Below are positions 56,846 through 64,000 of a stretch of DNA of 64,000 nt, piece after piece (position 1 is the first letter of the stretch; each line of letters starts with the position of its first letter). The stretch covers positions 736,001 to 800,000 of the forward strand of contig OZ253375.1 in NCBI GenBank assembly GCA_965261005.1, in the 5' to 3' direction. The notes below the pieces were generated by a model that made no database searches, was not told where the DNA came from, and was given only the letters and a program-made list of their open reading frames with translations. Source of the DNA: Deinococcus sp. (lineage in GTDB: Bacteria; Deinococcota; Deinococci; Deinococcales; Deinococcaceae). The translations under genes were made by a program, and so were the position numbers.

Positions 56846-58243
56846 TCACCACCAGCGGCCAGACGCTTCGGGCAACGCGTACTCGCCGTACCGGATCGCA
56901 AAGTACGCGACCTTTTGCAATAAGATCCCGAGCATGATGGCCTGCGGCACCTCCCAGTAATTTTCCTGAAAACCCGTAAAAAAGAGCAGCAGCATGGAGG
57001 TGGTCAGGGCGACGCGCTGAATGCTGGACGCGCCGGACGGCAACACGTTGACGCGCAGCGTCCAGTACAGCACCAGCGCGACGGCGCCCAAGCAGGCCAT
57101 CAGCCCAAACTCGGTGTACACGGTTAGCCAGCTGAAAAAGGGCTGCTGGGTGGAGCCGTTGTAACGGTTTTTCGCCGAACTGGCCCACACGTCAATCAGG
57201 TAGCGCTCTTGCGGCTGGGTGGTGTGCGGCGCGATCCCGAGCACCGGGCGGGGCGAGTTGAAGCCGCCCAAGTAGCGCCCGGTCATGATCAGTCCGGCGC
57301 GGCCCGAGAATTGACCGGGACCGAGGCCGACCCAAGGAAACAGGATCTCGTGCATCGGCATCAACACCCCGGCGCGCTCGGTCAAGAGCGCCTTGGGCGA
57401 GGCGCCCGTGGCGAACTGGTCCACGAATTGGGGCAGGGTATCGAAGTTGGTGCTGAGCAGCAGGGGCGCGGGCGCGAAGAAGAGGCCGATGACGAAGATG
57501 TACTGAACGGCCTTTTTGTTGCGGCGAATCAGGAACAGCATGCCCGCCGCGATCACGAACGCCCCGACCAACATCAGCATCAGGTGAACGACCGACGCGA
57601 GCAAAAAGGCGGTCCCGCCGATGACGAGCGACGCCAGGTAGCGCCGCTTGGCGTAGTAGGGCGCCAAGAAGAGCAGCATAAAGGCGACGTTGGCGGTGAA
57701 CATCACGTTTGAAAAGGCGTTTTCGGCGGGCAGCGGCAGGTGAATGGTGCCCTCGACCCGGTCGCCGTTGTTGAGGTCGAAGCCGCCCTGCAAGGCGCCC
57801 GAGGCGGCCTGCACGATGCCGATCAGGCCCTCCACAATCAGGAGCCAGTGCATCAAGCTGGGCAGGCGCCGCAGAATGCCCGGCGGCACGACGGACATGG
57901 GGGACAAGACGTACAGGTACAGCGCGCTGAACGTCACGAAGCTCAGGACGACGTTCGAGAACGCCACATCCGGGTGCATCAGATATGACGTGGCCGCCGA
58001 CGCCGCAAACAGCAGTGCGATGATCAGCAGCCGCCAAAACGCGACCAGGTCGCGGCGCAACAGAATGGCTGCGCCGATGATGACCAGCGGGGCGGCGTAG
58101 GGCAGCAACTTGTTCGGTCCGAAGGAGCCGATCAGCAGCAGGCCCACCATGAGTAGTTCGTAGGGGGTCCAGCCGACCCGCCGCGCGCCCTGTGTTTCGC
58201 GGCGGCGCATCGGGCCGCTCGCCAAGCGTCTTCCCTGTAGCAT
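56846..58243 (-). CDS. Polytopic membrane protein, possibly Wzy/O-antigen-polymerase-like
   Basis: About 10-12 hydrophobic segments, a large late loop with GLGPGQF, then YTEFGL; start uncertain (58243 or 58210). Confidence 0.6.
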   Translation of the reverse strand: MLQGRRLASGPMRRRETQGARRVGWTPYELLMVGLLLIGSFGPNKLLPYAAPLVIIGAAILLRRDLVAFWRLLIIALLFAASAATSYLMHPDVAFSNVVLSFVTFSALYLYVLSPMSVVPPGILRRLPSLMHWLLIVEGLIGIVQAASGALQGGFDLNNGDRVEGTIHLPLPAENAFSNVMFTANVAFMLLFLAPYYAKRRYLASLVIGGTAFLLASVVHLMLMLVGAFVIAAGMLFLIRRNKKAVQYIFVIGLFFAPAPLLLSTNFDTLPQFVDQFATGASPKALLTERAGVLMPMHEILFPWVGLGPGQFSGRAGLIMTGRYLGGFNSPRPVLGIAPHTTQPQERYLIDVWASSAKNRYNGSTQQPFFSWLTVYTEFGLMACLGAVALVLYWTLRVNVLPSGASSIQRVALTTSMLLLFFTGFQENYWEVPQAIMLGILLQKVAYFAIRYGEYALPEASGRWW

Positions 58244-58519
58244 GGTTGTTCGCCTACCGTTCGCGCCGTGGGCGCACTGAAGATAGACGTTTGGCAAGGA
58301 TGTGTTGTTGCTTGGAGCCAAGCAGCGGTGTGGAGTGGCGTCGCATCTCTTCTCCTCAGGTATCGGGCAGTGGGCGGAGTGGCGAGGACAGTCGCCGGGT
58401 AGTCCGACCTCGACACGGGGGTGAGGACGAACTTCGGCGACGTGGTTTACGTGAGATATTCAGGCCGAATATCTCACACTACTTTAGTACACCGGGCGTC
58501 TCCCGACGTCAGTACTTCT

Positions 58520-59401
58520 TCATGCCGAAAGCTGGTTGAGCGCCGCCATGTCCTCCGGCGACAGTTCGAGGCTGGCCGCCGCCGTGTTCTCCTCCAGGTG
58601 CTTGACTTGGCCGGTGCCGGGAATCGGCAGCATCACGGGCGAGCGCGCCAGCAGCCACGCCAAGGCCACCTGCGCCGGCTCGGCGCCGAGCCGGCGGGCG
58701 ATGTCGGAAAGGGCGCCGCCCTCCCTTGCCAGCTCACCGGTCGCGAGGGGAAACCACGGGATAAAGCCGATGCCCTCACGCTCACAGTAGTTCAGCACGT
58801 CCTCGGATTTGCGTTCGGTCAGGTTGTAGAGGTTCTGCACGGTGGCGATGGGCACGACCTTGCGCGCCGCCTCGATCTCGGCCACGCTCACCTCGGACAA
58901 GCCCAGAAAGCGCACCTTGCCCTCGTCCTGAAACGCCTTCATGGCGCCGAACTGTTCGTCCTGGGGCACCTTGGGGTCGATGCGGTGCAGCTGCCACAAA
59001 TCAATGCGGTCCACCTTGAGCCGGCGCAAGCTCATCTCGACGCACTGGCGCAGGTACTCGGGGCGCCCGACCGGGGGCCACACGTCGGGGCCGGAGCGCG
59101 TCAGGCCGCCCTTGGTGGCGATCACCAAGCCCGCCGGATACGGGGACAGCACCCCCGCGATCAGGTCCTCGCTGACAAAAGGGCCGTAGCTGTCGGCGGT
59201 GTCGATGAAGTTGACGCCCAGCTCCGGCACGCGCGCCAGCACGCGCCGTGCCTCCTGGGGGTCTTGGGGATCGCCCCAGATGCCCTTGCCGGTCACGCGC
59301 ATGGCCCCAAAGCCGAGGCGCACCACCTCCAGCTCCCCACCGATCTTGAAGGTACCGCTTTGCCGGGCGTCTATGTTGTTGCCAGTGGTTGTCGCCGTCA
59401 T
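58520..59401 (-). CDS. Aldo/keto reductase
   Basis: [45 protein letters not shown]. Confidence 0.94.
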   Translation of the reverse strand: MTATTTGNNIDARQSGTFKIGGELEVVRLGFGAMRVTGKGIWGDPQDPQEARRVLARVPELGVNFIDTADSYGPFVSEDLIAGVLSPYPAGLVIATKGGLTRSGPDVWPPVGRPEYLRQCVEMSLRRLKVDRIDLWQLHRIDPKVPQDEQFGAMKAFQDEGKVRFLGLSEVSVAEIEAARKVVPIATVQNLYNLTERKSEDVLNYCEREGIGFIPWFPLATGELAREGGALSDIARRLGAEPAQVALAWLLARSPVMLPIPGTGQVKHLEENTAAASLELSPEDMAALNQLSA

Positions 59402-59524
59402 GTGTCTCCCCGTTCGGCGGGCATTGTGCCCCTGGAAACAGGAGTGGACTGTGAGCGCCCGGCTTGTTGGTCGCGCTGAGGCACGGTTTAGGTGTTGAGA
59501 GAGCCTTCAAAAAAGTCCGGCCGG

Positions 59525-60481
59525 TCAGCTCCCTTCTCGAAGCTCTTTGACCAGCGTGACCCACTCCGAGCCGCTTTCAAAAGAAAAGTGCCGCATCAGT
59601 GTCAGGCGGCTCGGGTCCACGGAATCCGCCTCCAACTCGGCGCGGCCCAGCCCCAGCCCCTTTGCCCAGGCGAGCGCCCGCGCGGTCAGGGCCAGGGTCA
59701 GCGGCAATTCGTGGCGCCGATGCGCGCGCAGGGTGCCGCTCCACAACACGTCCACGGCGACGTCCGTTTTCGCCAGCCCGCTCATGGCGACCAGCCGACC
59801 GCCGCGCAACGCGAAGAAGAGGGCCTCCGGCAGCAGGTCGTCGCCGAACAAAATTTTTCGCCAGGTGGAGGGCGGCACGTCCGCCGGCGGGTCGTAGAGG
59901 TGAACGTCGCCGTACAACTCGCGCAGCAGGGCCGCCGCCTCGTCCGCGCGCCCAGCTTGGCCCGCCAGCTCCGCCCAGGACCGGACCTCATAGCCGTGGT
60001 CGTGCGGCCAGCGCGCGTCCCCGTCCAGCGCCGCGCCGTCCAAGTCGCCCACATCGAGTTCCGTGATGTAGGTGCGTTGCAGCTCACCAAAGCCGCGCTT
60101 CCCGAAAAAGCGCCGCGCGCCCGAGCAGTCCGCGTTCATCAGGCCGCGCAGCCGCCAAGCGCCGCGCCCTGCGAGCCTGTCCAGCATCGCCGTGTAGAGG
60201 ACCGACCCCACGCCCAGCCGCTGATGCTCCGGCGCCACGCTGACGTGCCCGTGGTACTTATCCGGGTGAAAATGTAGGGCGCTCTGCCATACGCCCGCGA
60301 AGCCGACGACCTGCCCTTCCTGCTCGGCGACCAGGGTCAGCGCGAAACGCGGTTCCACCTGGGCCAATCCGAAGCGATACCAAGCTCGACCCTTTTCATC
60401 TTCCGGCCAGATCGCGGCGAGAATCCGCTCGCACGCCTCGCCGTCTTGCGGCTGAAAAGGCCGAAGGGTCAGCGGCCCCAC
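59525..60481 (-). CDS. Tandem GNAT acetyltransferase
   Basis: VAPEHQRLGVGSVL (motif A) and a second degenerate GNAT (GTLRAHRRH); GTG start after GGAG is inferred. Confidence 0.82.
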   Translation of the reverse strand: MGPLTLRPFQPQDGEACERILAAIWPEDEKGRAWYRFGLAQVEPRFALTLVAEQEGQVVGFAGVWQSALHFHPDKYHGHVSVAPEHQRLGVGSVLYTAMLDRLAGRGAWRLRGLMNADCSGARRFFGKRGFGELQRTYITELDVGDLDGAALDGDARWPHDHGYEVRSWAELAGQAGRADEAAALLRELYGDVHLYDPPADVPPSTWRKILFGDDLLPEALFFALRGGRLVAMSGLAKTDVAVDVLWSGTLRAHRRHELPLTLALTARALAWAKGLGLGRAELEADSVDPSRLTLMRHFSFESGSEWVTLVKELREGS

Positions 60482-60483
60482 AC

Positions 60484-61299
60484 CTACTCCCGCTCCGGCG
60501 TGTCGCAATCCTCGCGAAAGACGTACTGCTCAAGCCGCTTGCGGTGGCGGCTCGACCAGTCAATCGAGGGGCGCTCGGCGTCCGCTGGCAGGTAGCCCAA
60601 GCGAAAGACGGCCATCAGCTCCAAGTGGTCGGGCACCTTGAGGAGCGCCCTCACCTCGGCCCAGGCTTCCGGAATCTCCATCGGGGTGCTGACGAACTGG
60701 ATGCCCATGCCGAGTTCCCCGACCGTCAGCCAGATGTTCTCCATGGCGGCCCCCAGGCCGAAGACGCTGTAAAAGCCGCTCAGCTCGCCGGGGCGGTACT
60801 CCTCCTTGTCGAGCAAGGCGGCCAGCAGCAGCGGGCTGCCGGCCACCAGCTTCTCGTTGTCGCGCCCCAGGCGGGCCGCCACGCCCAGGCCACGCAGCAC
60901 GCTGAGGCCCATATCCGAGAAAATTTGGCGGGTGAAGGGACGCAGCGGCGCGGGCAAATGGTCGATGAAAATGCCGTCGCGGCGCTGGTCCAACTCCTCC
61001 GGCGAAAAGCGGAAGTAGCGGCGGTAGCGCTCGAAGAAGATGCCGCGCTCGATCAGCTCGCGCATGCTGCGCCCCGCGATGGCCGCCACGCGGGCGACGG
61101 CCTGGGGCCGCTCGATCAGCACGAAGCGCCACGGCTGGCTGTTGAAGTGGCTGGGCGCCGCCGAGGCCGCGCGCATCAAGAGGTGCTGGTGCTCGGGGCT
61201 GACCGCTTCCGGGCGAAACGGGCCGTTGGTGGTGCGGCGGGAAAACAGGGCGCGCAGAAAGTCGGTGGGCGGCGGGGAGATGGTCGCCGTGTCCGTCAC
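60484..61299 (-). CDS. Nitroreductase-family protein
   Basis: [34 protein letters not shown] start overlaps the upstream stop. Confidence 0.9.
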   Translation of the reverse strand: MTDTATISPPPTDFLRALFSRRTTNGPFRPEAVSPEHQHLLMRAASAAPSHFNSQPWRFVLIERPQAVARVAAIAGRSMRELIERGIFFERYRRYFRFSPEELDQRRDGIFIDHLPAPLRPFTRQIFSDMGLSVLRGLGVAARLGRDNEKLVAGSPLLLAALLDKEEYRPGELSGFYSVFGLGAAMENIWLTVGELGMGIQFVSTPMEIPEAWAEVRALLKVPDHLELMAVFRLGYLPADAERPSIDWSSRHRKRLEQYVFREDCDTPERE

Positions 61300-61601
61300 A
61301 GCAGCCTCCAGGCGGTCAGCGCGAAGCCGGCGCCTAGCATGCAGGCCAGTCCGGCGTGGTCCGCGCGGCCCGGCCGGGTACGCCCCATCACCAACAGGGC
61401 GCCCAGCAGCGCCGCCAGCGGCCACCACGCGGCGCCGCGCACCAGGGAGAGCAGCAACGTCAGCCCGGTGCAAGTGCAGGTCAGGAAGTACAGGGTGTGG
61501 TGCAGCGCCCGGGGGTGCCAGCGCGAGCCGAGCTGCAAGCTCAGGCCCAGCGCGAAGTTCAGCGCGAAACAGGTCAGGGCGGCGCCGAAAGCAGCTCTCA
61601 T
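61296..61601 (-). CDS. Small membrane protein
   Basis: Start MRAAF 6 nt after TATGCT; about 4 short hydrophobic helices with HH.LY. Confidence 0.7.
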   Translation of the reverse strand: MRAAFGAALTCFALNFALGLSLQLGSRWHPRALHHTLYFLTCTCTGLTLLLSLVRGAAWWPLAALLGALLVMGRTRPGRADHAGLACMLGAGFALTAWRLL

Positions 61602-61759
61602 GTCCGCAGCATAACGCGCGCGTTTTTGGAGAAATGGTACGATGAGGCGCACGTCAAAAGGGCGCACGTCAAAAGGGCGCACCTCAAGAGAACACACGTC
61701 AAGAAACGCCAAAGCCGGCCCTGTGGGCAGCCGGGCGACGTTGCGGGCAAGATGGGGAC

Positions 61760-63775
61760 GTGCGCCGCTCCATTTTGTTCAAGAACGCCTTTGAGCTGGA
61801 CCTGAGCCAGTGGCGAACTGCCGAGGCGCTGCGCTGCACCGCCGGCTTGGCGCTGCCGCTGCTGCTCGCCCTTTGGCTGGGCCAGCCCCGCTGGGGCTTC
61901 TTGGCGGCCATCGGGGCGCTGGACGCCGGGCTGGCCTCGCTGAACGGCGTCAGCCGCGACCGGCTGCGCCTGATGCTGACCACCAGCCTGCTCGTCGCCT
62001 TGGCGACGGCGGGCGGCATTTGGATCGGGGGCAGTACCCCTGCGAGCGTGCTGGCCGTCACGCTCGCGGCCTTTTTGTTGACCCTGTACGGCGCGTCGGG
62101 CCGGCCAGCCAGCGTGCTGGGCCTCCAGGTGAGCGTCGCGCTGCTGATCATGGCCGGGCTGAAGTTGCCGGCCAGCTTCGCGCTGCCGGCCGGCGGGCTG
62201 GCGCTGGCCGGGGGCGCGCTGCAAACGCTGCTGTTCCTCGCCGTGTGGTTGCTGAACCCGCGCTCTCCCGAGCGGCGCGCGGTGGCGGCAGTCTTTTCCG
62301 AGCTGGCCCGCTTCGTCGAAAACTGGGGCCGCGAGCCACACGGGCGCCTGCCCGCCGCCCAACCGCTGCAAAACGCCTGGAAGTTGCTGGACGACGCCCA
62401 GCAGGTTCGCAGTCCGCCGGAGGCGCAAGCGCCCGAACATCTGGCCCTACGCCAAGCCTTGCGGGTGGCGGAAACCGTCCGGGCAGGGCTGGTAGGTCTC
62501 GCTGCGGCGGGCGCGGCGCTCAGGCGGGAAGGAGACGCGGCCCAGATACAGGCGGCGGGGGCGCTTGACCGGGCGCTGGCACGGCTGCTGCGCGCGGAGG
62601 CGGCGAAGGTGCGGCGCGGGCGCTACGGCGGGCCGGACGCGGGGCAACTGCGGCATTTTCAGACGGACGTCCGCGACTGGGCGGGCCGGGACGAGCCGCC
62701 GCCATTGACCACAGAGCTGAGTCCGCCCCTCACCTACCTGCACTGGGCCGATTTGCTCGTCCGCGCGCTGGCGTCGCTGGCAGGGGCGGCGCCACCCGCG
62801 CCCCCCCAAAAAGACCCTCCGCCGGAAGCGGGCGTGTGGGCGCAGCTGCTGGCGGGCGTCCGGCAACTGCCGGAAAAACTGACGCGGCCCACGCCCGCCT
62901 TACGGCACGCGTTGCGCTACGGCTTGGCGCTGGGCCTCGCCACCCTGGCCTACAAGGTGCTCAGCGTGCCCCACGGCTACTGGCTGCCGCTGACGGTGGC
63001 GCTGGTGCTGCGCCAAGACTACGCCACCACCCTGACGCGCGGGGTGGCGCGCTTTGCCGGCACGCTGGGCGGCGCCGCGCTGGCCACGCTGGTGGTGTGG
63101 CTGGCCCACCCCAGCCCGAACGTGCTGAACGTCTTGGCGGTAGGCGCGTCGTGGCTATGCTTTTCGCTGCTGCTCGCCAACTACGCCATCTTTTCGCTGG
63201 GCGTCACGCTGTTCGTGGTGTTCCTGATCACGTCTTCCGGCAGCGACCCCGGGGGCGTGCTCAGCCTGGAGCGCTTGCTGGCGACCTTGCTGGGCGGTGT
63301 GCTGGCGCTGGGCGTGAGCTTGCTGTGGCCCCAGTGGCAAGCGCCACAGGTGTGGGAGGCGCTGAAAAAGGCGGCAGGCGACCACCTGGCCTACGGCGAG
63401 GCGGTGGCGGCCCTTGGCGAGGGTGGCGACGCCGAAGAGGCCGCCTCCGCGCGGCGCGCGGCGCGGGACTCGCACCTGGCGGCCGAGAACACCGTGCGCT
63501 CGGGCTTGCTGGAGCCGAAGCGGGTGCCGGCCGCGCACGAGGCCCAGGCGCTGTTGGAGCGGCTGAACACCGGCGCGGCCGAGTTGCTCTCGCTGCACGC
63601 CGAGGCCGGGAGCTGGCAGATCCAAGGCCAGCAAACTCAGGGCCGGAAAATTCAGGGCCAGCGAGAAAGAGAGGCGGGCCAAGTGCCCGAATTGGCCCGC
63701 CAGGGAGTCGCCAGGGCGCGGCAGCTCAGCCATGACATCGCCGATCAGGCGGCCAAAGCGCAGGGCGCCGGTTAA
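61760..63775 (+). CDS. FUSC/YccS-family membrane protein
   Basis: N-terminal TM bundle; RHALR, HGYWLPLT.ALVLR, RFAGTLGG, ERLLATLLG. Confidence 0.9.
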   Translation: MRRSILFKNAFELDLSQWRTAEALRCTAGLALPLLLALWLGQPRWGFLAAIGALDAGLASLNGVSRDRLRLMLTTSLLVALATAGGIWIGGSTPASVLAVTLAAFLLTLYGASGRPASVLGLQVSVALLIMAGLKLPASFALPAGGLALAGGALQTLLFLAVWLLNPRSPERRAVAAVFSELARFVENWGREPHGRLPAAQPLQNAWKLLDDAQQVRSPPEAQAPEHLALRQALRVAETVRAGLVGLAAAGAALRREGDAAQIQAAGALDRALARLLRAEAAKVRRGRYGGPDAGQLRHFQTDVRDWAGRDEPPPLTTELSPPLTYLHWADLLVRALASLAGAAPPAPPQKDPPPEAGVWAQLLAGVRQLPEKLTRPTPALRHALRYGLALGLATLAYKVLSVPHGYWLPLTVALVLRQDYATTLTRGVARFAGTLGGAALATLVVWLAHPSPNVLNVLAVGASWLCFSLLLANYAIFSLGVTLFVVFLITSSGSDPGGVLSLERLLATLLGGVLALGVSLLWPQWQAPQVWEALKKAAGDHLAYGEAVAALGEGGDAEEAASARRAARDSHLAAENTVRSGLLEPKRVPAAHEAQALLERLNTGAAELLSLHAEAGSWQIQGQQTQGRKIQGQREREAGQVPELARQGVARARQLSHDIADQAAKAQGAG

Positions 63776-64000
63776 AGCCGCTTGTACCTGCCGCCCGGCA
63801 GCTCCTCCACCAAGTTCCGCAGGCGCAGCAGCATCAAGGCGCCCTGCAACTCGGCCGCGTCACCGCCCAATTGCTCGGCCAGGTCGTCGAGCAGGCGCGG
63901 CACACCCAAGGCGGCGTGGACGCGCGCCAGTTCCGGCGGCAGCACGGGCGCGGGCACGGGCGCGGCGCCGCTCCAACCGAGTTCGGCGAACACGTCCTGC
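63772..64000 (-). CDS. dprA: DNA processing protein DprA, C-terminal winged-helix part (5' part outside the window)
   Basis: ...DVFAELGW...LDDLAEQLG..AAELQGALMLL.L..LVEELPGGRY resembles the DprA C-terminus. Confidence 0.7.
   Translation of the reverse strand, partial: QDVFAELGWSGAAPVPAPVLPPELARVHAALGVPRLLDDLAEQLGGDAAELQGALMLLRLRNLVEELPGGRYKRL

Noticed and set aside
61646..61705. Short repeat arrays as a possible CRISPR
   Set aside because: Units are contiguous 15-mers with no spacers, and no cas genes are present

Overview
High-GC bacterial chromosomal segment, almost certainly Deinococcaceae. The assignment rests on an Nqo15 homolog, TANNNT -10 boxes 6-8 nt before many start codons (leaderless genes) and a Deinococcus-style small inverted-repeat element. 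Most of it is housekeeping: aroE, phoH-ybeY-dgkA, CNNM/hemolysin, cdd, gnd-zwf-opcA-pgl, gltX, tam, argS, nqo15, asp23-nusB-folD, ligA, tRNA-Val(TAC), pstB-phoU, hisB-hisH, serA, aat and the 3' end of dprA. It also carries three two-component modules, two AbrB-PIN toxin-antitoxin pairs, a type III PKS/methyltransferase pair and several envelope proteins. No CRISPR array, prophage, integrase or transposase was seen. The most notable items are: (1) a 365-aa Ala-start class 3 (W-C-T) intein with a LAGLIDADG endonuclease inside PhoH; (2) a 136-bp MITE-like element inserted exactly into the TGATG stop/start overlap of an antitoxin-toxin pair; (3) a perfect 29-bp GTAG palindrome present twice, once translated in frame inside tam and once supplying its stop codon; (4) at least ten unrelated tandem micro-duplications with a 15-nt period at gene ends; (5) three uncharacterised two-Cys lipoproteins sharing a Q..I.VNP motif; (6) an unannotated promoter/32-codon ORF/terminator unit between phoU and hisB. 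All family assignments come from motif recognition by eye, not from database searches. Start codons were refined by hand and several are uncertain.
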